Source: an uncultured Gemmatimonadales bacterium (GTDB taxonomy: Bacteria > Gemmatimonadota > Gemmatimonadetes > JACCXV01 > JAHWKZ01). From it: a stretch of DNA of 64,000 bases. Position 1 is the first letter of the stretch. Each line of letters begins with the position of its first letter. Made by a program: the position numbers and the translations under genes. Positions 36,669-46,214 of this stretch are shown piece by piece. The stretch is from contig CAMYLR010000011.1 in the NCBI GenBank assembly GCA_947259315.1, positions 72,177 through 136,176 on the forward strand. The letters run 5' to 3'. The notes under the pieces are model-generated. The model did not search any database. It worked only from the letters and a program-made list of their open reading frames with translations, and was not told the origin of the DNA.

Positions 36669-38470
36669 GTACGACCCAGCTGTTGGCGCCCAACGTAACC
36701 GCGCAGCACTGGGCCGATCCGAGCCATCCGGATGATCGCCCATTCATCCGGAGATACATCTTTTCAACCGATCACAAGACGATCGGAAACCAGTTCATGT
36801 TTATGAGCTTGTTCTTTCTGCTGGTTGGCGGAGCGCTGGCGATGATGATCCGTTGGCAGCTCGGTTGGCCGGGTCAGCCGATGCCCGGGGGAGGGGTGCT
36901 GCCCGAGACGATGGCGCCGGGCGGAATCCTGTTGCCCGAGTTCTACAACTCGCTGGTCACCATGCACGGCACGTTCATGATCTTCTTTGCCATCATGCCC
37001 TTGCTGGTAGGGATGTTCGGCAACTGGCTAATCCCGCTCCATGTCGGTGCTTCTGACATGGCGTTCCCGCGGCTCAACATGATGTCGTTTTGGTCGGCTG
37101 TCCCCGCGGGGTTCATCATGCTGGCCAGCTTCGTCGTCGAAGGTGGAGCCGCCGGGGCGGGGTGGACGGCTTATCCGCCACTGAGCGCGGTGCCGGAGTA
37201 CAGTGGGGTCTCGACCGGACAGCAACTTTGGTGTGTGAGCCTGATCATCCTCGGGTTCTCTTCGCTGATGGGGGCGGTCAACTACATCACTACGATCGTC
37301 AATATGCGCGCTCCCGGTATGACCTGGATGCGCATGCCGTTGCCGATCTGGTCGCTCTTTATCACCGCGATCTTGATCCTGCTGGCGATCCCGATCCTGG
37401 CTGGCGCAGCGATCATGTTGCTGTTCGACCAGACGATCGGCACGACGTTCTTCCTGCCCGAGGCCGGTGGTCAGCCGCTACTGTGGCAGCACCTGTTCTG
37501 GTACTTCGGCCACCCCGAGGTCTACATCCTGATCCTACCAGCGATGGGCGTCGCGTCCGAAGTGATCGCAAATGGATCACGCAAGCCGATCTTTGGTTAT
37601 CCCGCGATGGTCGGCGCGATCGTGGCTATCGCGTTCCTCGGTTGGATCGTGTGGGGACACCACATGTTCCAGAGCGGGATGAACCCGCTTCTGGGATCCA
37701 GCTTTATGCTGTCGACGATGATCATCGCCGTGCCTTCAGCGATCAAAGTGTTCAACTGGCTGGGTACGATTTGGCGCGGCGACATTCACTTCCATACGCC
37801 TATGTTGAACGCTCTAGCTTTCGTCGGGATGTTCGTGATCGGTGGATTGTCGGGCGTGTTCATGGCGTCGACGCCGGTCGACATTTACATCCACGACACG
37901 TACTTCATCGTCGCGCACCTCCATTACGTGCTGTTTGGCGGCAGCCTGTTCGCGATCTTCGCCGGGATCTACTTCTGGTTCCCGAAGTTCTTCGGCCGGA
38001 TGTTGAGCCCAACCCTCGGCAAGATTCACTTCGCACTCACGTTCGTGTTTTACAACCTGGTGTTCTTTCCGATGCATAATCTCGGGTTGGGCGGCATGAT
38101 GCGGCGCATCTATGACCCCAATCAGTACGGCTTCCTCGAGCCGCTTCAGCCGATGAACACGTTCGTGTCGGTGTTCGCGTTGGCACTCGGTGTGAGCCAG
38201 CTGGTGTTCTTCTTCAACATCCTCTGGTCGCTGTGGCGCGGAGAGAAAGCGCCAGAGAATCCGTGGCGGTCGAACTCGTTGGAGTGGAGCCTGGCGTCGC
38301 CGCCGCCGCACGGAAACTTCGAAGCGATGCCGGCGGTGTATCGCGGGCCATACGAGTACAGCTACCCCGGTCGAGGCGAGGACTTCTGGCTCCAGGGTGA
38401 GCCACCGGACGGCGGAGCGGTCCATGCGCCCACCGGTGGGGCACCGGTGGGCGAGGGGGTGCCCCAATGA
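36665..38470 (+). CDS. ctaD: Cytochrome c oxidase subunit I, type A1
   Basis: TMHG, DMAFPRLN, FGHPEVY, WGHHMF, AHLHYV. Confidence 0.96.
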   Translation: MSTTQLLAPNVTAQHWADPSHPDDRPFIRRYIFSTDHKTIGNQFMFMSLFFLLVGGALAMMIRWQLGWPGQPMPGGGVLPETMAPGGILLPEFYNSLVTMHGTFMIFFAIMPLLVGMFGNWLIPLHVGASDMAFPRLNMMSFWSAVPAGFIMLASFVVEGGAAGAGWTAYPPLSAVPEYSGVSTGQQLWCVSLIILGFSSLMGAVNYITTIVNMRAPGMTWMRMPLPIWSLFITAILILLAIPILAGAAIMLLFDQTIGTTFFLPEAGGQPLLWQHLFWYFGHPEVYILILPAMGVASEVIANGSRKPIFGYPAMVGAIVAIAFLGWIVWGHHMFQSGMNPLLGSSFMLSTMIIAVPSAIKVFNWLGTIWRGDIHFHTPMLNALAFVGMFVIGGLSGVFMASTPVDIYIHDTYFIVAHLHYVLFGGSLFAIFAGIYFWFPKFFGRMLSPTLGKIHFALTFVFYNLVFFPMHNLGLGGMMRRIYDPNQYGFLEPLQPMNTFVSVFALALGVSQLVFFFNILWSLWRGEKAPENPWRSNSLEWSLASPPPHGNFEAMPAVYRGPYEYSYPGRGEDFWLQGEPPDGGAVHAPTGGAPVGEGVPQ

Positions 38471-39096
38471 GCGAGGCGGCAGCCATTCACGCCCACGCTC
38501 CGCGCCCCATGGAGGGGATCCGGGTCTACAACGTGAAGCTCGGAATGTGGGTCTTCCTGCTGTCCGAGGTGATGTTTTTCAGCGGGCTGATCGGCGCGTA
38601 CATCATCCTGCGGTTTGCAAACCCAGAACAATGGGCGGCGCCGGGTGAGGTGCTAAACGTCACGCTGACGGCGTTCAACACGTTTATGCTGATCTGTAGC
38701 AGTGTAACGATGGTGAAGGCCTTTGCCGCGATCGAGCACGGCGATCAGGCCGGGCTCAAGAGGTGGCTGCTGGCGACGATCGTTCTGGGCGCGGCGTTTG
38801 TCGGCATTCAGGTCTTCGAGTACATCAAGCTCGCCGAGCACGGGTTTGTGCCGATGGCCAGCCAGTACGCTGCGGACGGCGGCGGGCCACTGTATGGCTC
38901 CACGTTCTACACGATGACCGGCTTCCACGGTGCGCACGTTACGATCGGCGTGCTGTGCCTCATCTTCACGTTGGTCAAGGCGCTACGCGGTCACTACACC
39001 GAGGAGTACTACTCGGGCGTGGAGATCATGGGGTTGTACTGGCACTTCGTGGATCTGGTTTGGATTATCTTGTTCACGATCGTTTACTTGATCTAG
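38467..39096 (+). CDS. ctaE: Cytochrome c oxidase subunit III
   Basis: FLLSEVMFF, TGFHGAHV, LYWHFVDLVW. Confidence 0.95.
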   Translation: MSEAAAIHAHAPRPMEGIRVYNVKLGMWVFLLSEVMFFSGLIGAYIILRFANPEQWAAPGEVLNVTLTAFNTFMLICSSVTMVKAFAAIEHGDQAGLKRWLLATIVLGAAFVGIQVFEYIKLAEHGFVPMASQYAADGGGPLYGSTFYTMTGFHGAHVTIGVLCLIFTLVKALRGHYTEEYYSGVEIMGLYWHFVDLVWIILFTIVYLI

Positions 39097-39105
39097 GACG
39101 TCGAC

Positions 39106-39375
39106 GTGGCTAACAAGAAACCGAACTACTACTTGGTCTGGTTGTACCTGTTGGTCCTGACGATCGCCGAGGTGGGAGTAGCCTTCTTGTCGGGGCTACC
39201 GTTCGAGGTGCTGGTCTTCATCCTGCTGTCGTTGGCGATCTGGAAAGCGGCGCTCGTAGCGATGTACTACATGCACCTTCGGTTCGAGCCGCCCCGGCTC
39301 GTTATCATCGCTCTGGCTCCCCTTCCGCTGGCGGTTCTGATCACGATCGTCGTGGTGACGATGGAGGTCTTCTGA
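39106..39375 (+). CDS. ctaF: Cytochrome c oxidase subunit IV (COX4_pro)
   Basis: LTIAEV...KAALVAMYYMHLRFE. Confidence 0.88.
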   Translation: MANKKPNYYLVWLYLLVLTIAEVGVAFLSGLPFEVLVFILLSLAIWKAALVAMYYMHLRFEPPRLVIIALAPLPLAVLITIVVVTMEVF

Positions 39376-39386
39376 ACCCCGGGCTG

Positions 39387-39521
39387 ATGGAAGGGATGCT
39401 GTGGGCGGGGCTCGTCATGATCGGCGTCCCGCTATTGGTGGGCATCGGGGTCGCGATCGTGATCGTGCGCCATCGTTCTCGCTACCACTCAGAAACCCGA
39501 ACCGAGTCAGAGTCGAGGTAA
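39387..39521 (+). CDS. 44-aa single-TM small protein (below the ORF-track cutoff)
   Basis: MEGMLWAGLVMIGVPLLVGIGVAIVIVRHRSRY...; fills the gap between cox IV and the next ORF. Confidence 0.55.
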   Translation: MEGMLWAGLVMIGVPLLVGIGVAIVIVRHRSRYHSETRTESESR

Positions 39522-39525
39522 ACTG

Positions 39526-39723
39526 ATGGCTCGCTCCTCGCTGATCGGCTTTCATCGGGTGTTGATCGGGGCGGCCATTCTGTTCTGTATCGGATTCGCC
39601 GTGTGGATATGGTGGGCTGGACACAACACGGTGCTGGCGGTCGTGTTTGTCGTCCTCGGACTCGGGCTCAGCTACTACTTGAAGAACCTCCACCGCTTCG
39701 TCGATTACAAGGACGACAGCTAG
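39526..39723 (+). CDS. 65-aa two-TM small membrane protein
   Basis: GAGG RBS; FHRVLIGAAILFC...YYLKNLHRF. Confidence 0.65.
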   Translation: MARSSLIGFHRVLIGAAILFCIGFAVWIWWAGHNTVLAVVFVVLGLGLSYYLKNLHRFVDYKDDS

Positions 39724-39732
39724 CCCTAGCTA

Positions 39733-40263
39733 TTACTCGTCCCAAATCCGGTTGAAGTGCGTCAGCAACCGGGGGTGGCGGTACCATAGCCAGGCCGCCA
39801 TCCCGGCGGCAGCCAGCAGGTTCGCGACCGCGACGCCCCAAAACGCGATGCTTCCGAGCAATGGTTGGCCGATCGCCACCATGTAGACGTGGAAAGCGAC
39901 CTCGAAGAAGATAAAGAAGAAAACCAGGGCGATCCCGAGCGGTGGGATGCGCTCGATCTCGGTCACCAGAAACGACGCTACGACGCCGACGCCGATGAAC
40001 GCCGCGTGGTGCACGATCGTGTAAGCCGCGACCATACCCGGATCGATGACCGTGTGACCGGCAGCCGCTTCACCTCCCTTGAAGAGCACAGTTCCGAGGA
40101 GCGACGGGGTGTAGAGCGCCTGATACTGGACTACGTCGAGGAACAGGAACCAAGCGGCAACGATCCCGGCACCGATCATCCCGGTCACAAAGCCTTCGAT
40201 CAGGACGTTTGGGGCGGAAGCGGGTGGGACGATGGGTCGTGTTGCTGAAGGGGCGTCGGTCAT
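39733..40263 (-). CDS. Hypothetical membrane protein (4-5 TM)
   Basis: GGAGG RBS, ATG 40263; EGFVTGMIGA...WFLFLD...TPSLLG...YTIVHH. Confidence 0.75.
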   Translation of the reverse strand: MTDAPSATRPIVPPASAPNVLIEGFVTGMIGAGIVAAWFLFLDVVQYQALYTPSLLGTVLFKGGEAAAGHTVIDPGMVAAYTIVHHAAFIGVGVVASFLVTEIERIPPLGIALVFFFIFFEVAFHVYMVAIGQPLLGSIAFWGVAVANLLAAAGMAAWLWYRHPRLLTHFNRIWDE

Positions 40264-40337
40264 TGTACCTCCCGAAGCGCGAGTGGAAGGCAGATGATGG
40301 CCGGGCGTCTGCTGTGACGCAAGCCTGATCCCATCGA

Positions 40338-40655
40338 TCAGGCCGGCGCCATCAGCCTCAGCGCCCCGAACAGCAGCATGAGGGCGAGGATGATGGCCGC
40401 GGCAACGACCAGCCCGGTCGACAGAATCGCGGTCAAGATCGGCCGATCGTACCGCAGGTGCATGAAGAACATCGCCACCAGCGCGAACTTCGTCGCCGAG
40501 AGTACCAACAGAATCGGCGCGATCACTGTTCGCAGGAACGGGATGTAGAACACCGCCACCTCGAGCAGCGTGATGATCGCCAAGATGAGCGCCACCAGCC
40601 AATACGTGCTTCGGCTGGCGTGAGCACCACTGTGATGTTCAGCGATCTCGTTCAT
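40338..40655 (-). CDS. ctaF: Cytochrome c oxidase subunit IV
   Basis: ITLLEV...KFALVAMFFMHLRYD. Confidence 0.88.
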   Translation of the reverse strand: MNEIAEHHSGAHASRSTYWLVALILAIITLLEVAVFYIPFLRTVIAPILLVLSATKFALVAMFFMHLRYDRPILTAILSTGLVVAAAIILALMLLFGALRLMAPA

Positions 40656-40668
40656 GCGCGCGCACCCC

Positions 40669-41241
40669 TCATTGGATGAGGTATACGACCGTAAAGATCA
40701 CGATCCACACCACATCTACGAAATGCCAATACAACCCCGCGACCTCCACGTCAAGGCTTCGCTCTGGTCCCAGCCGTCCACGGAACGCCATGACGAGCAG
40801 CGTCGCCATCCAGATCACGCCGACCGTCACGTGGGCGCCGTGGAAACCGGTGAGCACGAAGAAGGTCGAGCCGAAGAGGTTTTGCTGGAGGGTCAATCCC
40901 TCGTGGTAGAAATGCGAGAACTCGTAAACCTGACCCGCCAGGAAGATACCCCCGAGGACGATGACGCCGCCGATCCAGATCTTCGCCTGACGCGTGTCAT
41001 CGCGCTGGACGGCGTCCAGGGCCAGCACCATGGCGAGGCTCGACATGAGTAGTACGAAAGTCGAGACCGACGTCAGTGGGATGTTGAGGATTTCGGCCGG
41101 TGTGGGGCCGACCACGCTTTTTCCTTTGTAGGAGAGATACGTCGCGATCAGCGACCCGAAAAACATGCACTCGGATCCAATGAACACCCACATCGCCATC
41201 TTACGGTGCGGAACTCCGAACGTCGTTGCGTGCGTGCTCAT
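40669..41241 (-). CDS. ctaE: Cytochrome c oxidase subunit III
   Basis: FIGSECMFF, TGFHGAHV, LYWHFVDVVW. Confidence 0.95.
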   Translation of the reverse strand: MSTHATTFGVPHRKMAMWVFIGSECMFFGSLIATYLSYKGKSVVGPTPAEILNIPLTSVSTFVLLMSSLAMVLALDAVQRDDTRQAKIWIGGVIVLGGIFLAGQVYEFSHFYHEGLTLQQNLFGSTFFVLTGFHGAHVTVGVIWMATLLVMAFRGRLGPERSLDVEVAGLYWHFVDVVWIVIFTVVYLIQ

Positions 41242-43124
41242 TCGGTCCCTCTCGCCGGCTCAAATATGGGGTTCCCCGGGCGCTCTAGCGGCTGGAAGGC
41301 CCACCAGTAGACGGCGACCACGAGCACCGCTACTCCCGCTAGCACAGGTAGCAAACCGACCATCGTTCCGCCGCCGGCGAGCGTAAGCCCGGCCGCGGCC
41401 ACCAGCGGCCAGTGGCTGGGCGAAGGCAACTCGATCCGTTCGACAGGGTGATCGGGCTGGGGTGGGGTGCCGTCTTCCCTGGTGTGGGTCGAGATGTCCC
41501 TGGTCGGGCCGTACTTGTGGAGCCACAGCGGTCGCGCGCTGTTGACGGTCGGAATGACGGCGAAATTGTACTCGGGCGGTGGCGAGCTCATCGACCACTC
41601 GAGCGTGGCTCCATCCCACGGATCCGGCGTGGCCGCTTCTCCCGATCGCAGACTGCGCACCAGGTTTACGTAGAACAACAAAACGCCGAGCGTGAGAACG
41701 AAGGCGCCAACGGTCGCCATCAGGTTCCACTGTTCCCACCCGGCCCCGGCTGGGTAGGTGTAGATCCGCCGCGCCATGCCGTCGAGACCGAGAAAGTGCA
41801 TCGGGAAGAACGTCAGGTTCATGCCCAGGAACATGACCCAGAAGCTGAGCTTCCCGAGCCCCTCACCGAGCATCCGGCCGGTGACCTTGGGCCACCAGTA
41901 ACAGACGCCGGCCAGGAGACCAAACACCGTGCCGCCAAAGAACACGTAGTGCAGGTGCGCGACCACGAAGTACGAATCGTGCTGCTGCAGGTCGATCGGC
42001 GCCGATGCGTGCATGATTCCAGACAGCCCGCCGACGATGAACAGCGCCACCATGCCAACGGCGAAGTAGAGCGGCGTCCGCATGACGATATGGCCGCCCC
42101 ACAGCGTTCCGATCCAGTTGAAGATCTTTACACCGGTTGGGATCGCGATCAGCATCGTACCGAGCGAGAACGCGGTGTCGGCGATCGGTCCCAGGCCGGT
42201 CGTGAACATGTGATGGCTCCACACCCCAAAACCGAGGAAACCGATCAAGATCCCCGAGAAGATCACAAACGGCGCCCCAAACAGCGGCTTCCGCGAGAAG
42301 GTGGGAAGGATCTCCGATACGATGCCAAAGGACGGCAGAATCAGGATGTAGACCTCGGGATGTCCGAAGATCCAGAATAAGTGCTGCCACAGCACCGGCG
42401 TCCCGCCTGCGGCCGCGACGTAGAAGTTGGTGTCAAAAAAGCGGTCGAACAGCAGGAAGATGAGGCCCACTGTGATGGCCGGAAACGCCAGCAACATGAG
42501 GATCTGAACGATCAACGCCATCCACACGAATAGCGGCATCCGCATCAGCGACATGCCTGGTGCTCGCATGTTGAGAGCCGTGACCGTGAAGTTGACCCCC
42601 GAGGCGATCGAGGCGATGCCCATGATCTGCAGGCTCAACACCCAGAAATCGATTCCGAGTCCTGGGTTGTACTGCTTGGACGTCAGATTGGCGTAGCCAA
42701 ACCAGCCCGCATCTGGGGCTTGATTCACGAAAAACGCCAGGTTCAGCAAGATCGCGCCAAAGAACCAGGTCCAGAACGAGAACGCGTTCAGCCGCGGGAA
42801 CGCGACATCTCGAGCGCCGACCATGAGCGGGATCAAGAAGTTGAACATCGCGGCCGCCAGCGGCATGAGCACCAGGAACACCATGGTGGTCCCGTGCATC
42901 GTGAACAGCTGGTTGTAGGCGTCCGCGCCGACGACCGCTCCTTCGGGCGCAGCGAGCTGGAGCCGGATGATGAGCGCTTCCACGCCGCCAACGATGAAGT
43001 AGAGCAGGGCCGTGGCCCCGTACATGACACCGATTCGCTTGTGATCGACGGTGGTCAGCCACGAGGCGATGGATCCGGAGTAGATCGACTCGTGCTGCAC
43101 GGTGTCCGTTGGCGCAGCGTTCAT
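41238..43124 (-). CDS. ctaD: Cytochrome c oxidase subunit I, type A1
   Basis: TVDHKRIG, TMHG, DVAFPRLN, FGHPEVY, WSHHMF, AHLHYV; ATG 43124 overlaps the subunit II stop. Confidence 0.96.
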   Translation of the reverse strand: MNAAPTDTVQHESIYSGSIASWLTTVDHKRIGVMYGATALLYFIVGGVEALIIRLQLAAPEGAVVGADAYNQLFTMHGTTMVFLVLMPLAAAMFNFLIPLMVGARDVAFPRLNAFSFWTWFFGAILLNLAFFVNQAPDAGWFGYANLTSKQYNPGLGIDFWVLSLQIMGIASIASGVNFTVTALNMRAPGMSLMRMPLFVWMALIVQILMLLAFPAITVGLIFLLFDRFFDTNFYVAAAGGTPVLWQHLFWIFGHPEVYILILPSFGIVSEILPTFSRKPLFGAPFVIFSGILIGFLGFGVWSHHMFTTGLGPIADTAFSLGTMLIAIPTGVKIFNWIGTLWGGHIVMRTPLYFAVGMVALFIVGGLSGIMHASAPIDLQQHDSYFVVAHLHYVFFGGTVFGLLAGVCYWWPKVTGRMLGEGLGKLSFWVMFLGMNLTFFPMHFLGLDGMARRIYTYPAGAGWEQWNLMATVGAFVLTLGVLLFYVNLVRSLRSGEAATPDPWDGATLEWSMSSPPPEYNFAVIPTVNSARPLWLHKYGPTRDISTHTREDGTPPQPDHPVERIELPSPSHWPLVAAAGLTLAGGGTMVGLLPVLAGVAVLVVAVYWWAFQPLERPGNPIFEPARGTE

Positions 43125-44152
43125 CGTAGGCTCCTCAGATAGGCGACCAAGCTCGCGATACGCTCTTCTGAGAGGTTGAGGTTTGGCATCCGAACGCCCG
43201 GCTTGATGCTTTCGGGGTCCCGCAGCCAGGCTGCCAGCTGGTCCGGTTCGTTGGCGAGCAGCCCGGAGGCGATCGTCGATCGGCTTCCGAACTTGGTCAG
43301 ATCGGGTCCGATCTTGGCTTGCGCAGGTGTTCCGGCGATCGCGTGACAGGCGGCGCAACCGGAAGAGAGAAACGCTTGCAGACCAACGGAATCCTGCACT
43401 GCCGGCCGGCGCTGCTGCTCGACCCATGCGTCGAACGAGTCGGCCGTTTCAACGAACACTTTCAACCGCATGTTGGCGTGCGACGTACCGCATAGCTCGG
43501 CGCATTGGCCAATGAACACGCCGACGGAATCGGGCGTGAACCAAAGCTTGTTTTCGCTGCCCGGGTTGAGATCGCGCTTGCCTCCCAGCCGCGGCACCCA
43601 AAACGAGTGGATCACATCGGCTGACGCCAGCGCGAGGTTGGCTGTTCGTCCGACTGGCAAATGGAGCTCGTTGGCGGTCACGATCCCGAGATCGGGATAC
43701 TCGAACTCCCACCACCACTGATGACCGATCACCGCTATTTCGATTCTGTCGGCTGGCGGCTTCTGCTGGACCTCGAAGATCGTGCGCACGGTGGGAATCG
43801 CGATGAAGAACAGGATCGCAGCCGGTACCAACGTCCAGGCGATCTCGAGCGCGGTGAAGCCGTGCACCTGGTCGGGTACGCCCGAGTCGCCGGGCCGGCG
43901 CCGATAGCGGATGATCGCGTAGACGAGGAGCAGTTCGACGACGACAAAAATCCCCGCTGTCCAGAACCACACTGTCTTGTACACATCCTGAATCGAACGT
44001 GACAGATCGGAGGCCGGTTGTATGGTCGACCAATCAGGGACGTCGGCGAGGCCACACGCCGCGAGCGAGCCCCCCAGGACCAAGAGCGCGACTGCGGAGC
44101 AGAGCCCACGCCCTGACGAGATGCTTCTAGGCTGTGGTGACCGCGGCTCCAC
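43121..44152 (-). CDS. ctaC: caa3-type cytochrome c oxidase subunit II with fused cytochrome c (lipoprotein)
   Basis: LAAC lipobox, HQWWW, DVIHSFW, CAELCGTSHANM, CAACH...MP. Confidence 0.95.
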   Translation of the reverse strand: MEPRSPQPRSISSGRGLCSAVALLVLGGSLAACGLADVPDWSTIQPASDLSRSIQDVYKTVWFWTAGIFVVVELLLVYAIIRYRRRPGDSGVPDQVHGFTALEIAWTLVPAAILFFIAIPTVRTIFEVQQKPPADRIEIAVIGHQWWWEFEYPDLGIVTANELHLPVGRTANLALASADVIHSFWVPRLGGKRDLNPGSENKLWFTPDSVGVFIGQCAELCGTSHANMRLKVFVETADSFDAWVEQQRRPAVQDSVGLQAFLSSGCAACHAIAGTPAQAKIGPDLTKFGSRSTIASGLLANEPDQLAAWLRDPESIKPGVRMPNLNLSEERIASLVAYLRSLR

Positions 44153-44204
44153 GTGCCCCCTCAATGCGTGCGCGATGGTTGTCGAAGGCGGAAAAATCGC
44201 CGAC

Positions 44205-44234
44205 ACTCTACCCAGACCCGCGGGGCGCCGTCAA
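44205..44234 (-). promoter_or_regulatory. Putative sigma70 promoter of the caa3 operon
   Basis: Minus strand TTGACG - 18 bp - TAGAGT. Confidence 0.5.
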
Positions 44235-44346
44235 GGTGGGGAACCTCTCTCCGCCTCGAGGGGTTTACATAGTGCTGGTCCGCAGGAAGGCTCGGGGGAT
44301 AGGTTTCCCGGACGTTACGGATCGAGAAAATACCGGGAGGAACACA

Positions 44347-45966
44347 ATGTTCGTTCGTCGTCTAGTGCAGACATCCACAACGCTCGTGGCGTTATTCTTA
44401 CTCTCCGGTGGTGGGGCGGCTTCGCTTCACGCCCAGGCTCCGGACGACGATCGTTTTGTGATCGCCGTGCTACCGTTCGTCTCGGCCGATGATGGGAAAG
44501 CCAAGGACCTGCAGGAAGAGATCATCGCTGAGTTGAATGATCTCGGCCCCTACACACTGGTCGCCGAGGACGAAGTCAACGACGCGGTGGAGCAGAACGG
44601 TTTCAAGCCAGGCTCGCCGATTCCCGACGTCAAGACGCTCGAGATCGCTCAGTCGCTGGAAGCCAAAATCGTCGCCCGTGGCACACTCGATCGCCAGGGT
44701 GACATGTGGATCGCCAAGTCGACTTTCGTCGACGTTGCGACCCGCAACACCCAGCACCTGCCGCAGGTCACTGACTCCGACATAGACGACTTGGGCGAAA
44801 GCCTGGTGGAAGCGTTCAACGCCCGGAACCAAGCCGATAAGCACATCATCTTCGGTCGCGACTACATGCGATCGGAGAATCACGAACGGGCGATCTCGAA
44901 CTTCGAGCAGGCGCTCGAGTACGATCCGGGACTGGCGCTGGCCTACTTCTTCATGGGCCAGTCGTACTTGGAGCGAGATATGGTCGACCCGGCCCTCGTA
45001 GCGTTGGAGAAGGCGATCGAGCTCGACCCGGCGTACATCAACGCCTACCACTCGATCGGTGAGGCCTACCTCGAAAAAGGCGATACAACACATGCCCGTG
45101 ACTTCTTCGAGGAGTTGATCCGCCGCAAGAGCGACGATTGCGATATCCAGGTCGCTTATGGCTACGTGATGGCCAATCAGCTACAGGAAATCGAGAAGGG
45201 TTTGGCGGCGTTCGAGCAGGCGACGACACTCTGTCCGAATAATGCAGCCGCTCATCAGTACTTGGCCTATGCGTTGCCGGACGACCGTCGGGACGAGAAG
45301 ATCGCCAATCTCAAGAAGTACCTGGAGCTCTCGGCCGGCGGCGCGACCGATCCCGAAGCGTTGCAGTTTCTTTTTGGTCTCTACTTTGCAAATGAGCAAT
45401 ACGAGGAGGCGAGAGCCACCGCCGACGAGGCGCTAGCTGCCGATCCGGGCAATGCCAACCTGCTGGGTTCGGCCGGGTACGTTCAATACAAGCTCGGCGA
45501 GTACAACTCCGCGATCGATTATTACAATCGAGCGCTGGAGGTCAATCCCGATTTCGAGCGCAACACGGTTGAGTTCGCCAAGGATCTCGAGCGCGCCGGC
45601 AAAGGGCAATCGAGCGCGATCCTGGCCAATATCTTCCTCAAGGACGCCTCCGATGCGCTGAAGGGCGGCCGCTACGGTGCAGCCCTCGAGTTCCTGGGCC
45701 AGGCCTCGCGACTTGGGGGCAATTCGTGCGCGATCTCCTATTACCGCGGAGATGCCTATTATCGGATGGCGAAGGCGCTCCAGGGGGAGGACAAGTCGAT
45801 CCCGCAGAACGAGCGGTCGCGGTCGCTGTTCACGACGGCGATCTCGCACCTCCGGAACGCTTGTGGCGATTACGCATCCTATGGGCAGGGTCTGATCGGG
45901 AACTCGAACCAGTATATCGAGCGGGTCGATTTGATCATCAAGAAGCTGAGCCGACAGGGCGGGTAA
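44347..45966 (+). CDS. Secreted TPR-repeat protein with N-terminal TolB-N/CsgG-like domain
   Basis: GGGAGG RBS, signal peptide, IAVLPF, many TPRs (ALEYDPGLALAYFFMG, AIELDPAYINAY). Confidence 0.85.
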   Translation: MFVRRLVQTSTTLVALFLLSGGGAASLHAQAPDDDRFVIAVLPFVSADDGKAKDLQEEIIAELNDLGPYTLVAEDEVNDAVEQNGFKPGSPIPDVKTLEIAQSLEAKIVARGTLDRQGDMWIAKSTFVDVATRNTQHLPQVTDSDIDDLGESLVEAFNARNQADKHIIFGRDYMRSENHERAISNFEQALEYDPGLALAYFFMGQSYLERDMVDPALVALEKAIELDPAYINAYHSIGEAYLEKGDTTHARDFFEELIRRKSDDCDIQVAYGYVMANQLQEIEKGLAAFEQATTLCPNNAAAHQYLAYALPDDRRDEKIANLKKYLELSAGGATDPEALQFLFGLYFANEQYEEARATADEALAADPGNANLLGSAGYVQYKLGEYNSAIDYYNRALEVNPDFERNTVEFAKDLERAGKGQSSAILANIFLKDASDALKGGRYGAALEFLGQASRLGGNSCAISYYRGDAYYRMAKALQGEDKSIPQNERSRSLFTTAISHLRNACGDYASYGQGLIGNSNQYIERVDLIIKKLSRQGG

Positions 45967-45991
45967 TCCTGTGGTCCAGCTGTTCAAGCCG

Positions 45992-46023
45992 AACGGGCCG
46001 CCCTTTCGAGAGTGGCCCGTTTT
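45992..46023 (+). terminator. Rho-independent terminator after the TPR gene
   Basis: ACGGGCCGCCCT-TTCG-AGAGTGGCCCGT-TTT imperfect hairpin. Confidence 0.65.
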
Positions 46024-46026
46024 GCG

Positions 46027-46055
46027 TTGACACTTTCGCCCGGGTTCCGTAGGTT
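46027..46055 (+). promoter_or_regulatory. Sigma70 promoter for tRNA-Asp and the hem operon
   Basis: TTGACA - 17 bp - TAGGTT. Confidence 0.6.
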
Positions 46056-46102
46056 CTCTCCCCTGCATTTCTTAAGCGTTCGTTCGTCATTCATGCACGC
46101 GC

Positions 46103-46180
<78 letters not shown>

Positions 46181-46214
46181 TGCAAACAAGCTTGCCCCAA
46201 ACCGTTTCCCGCCG

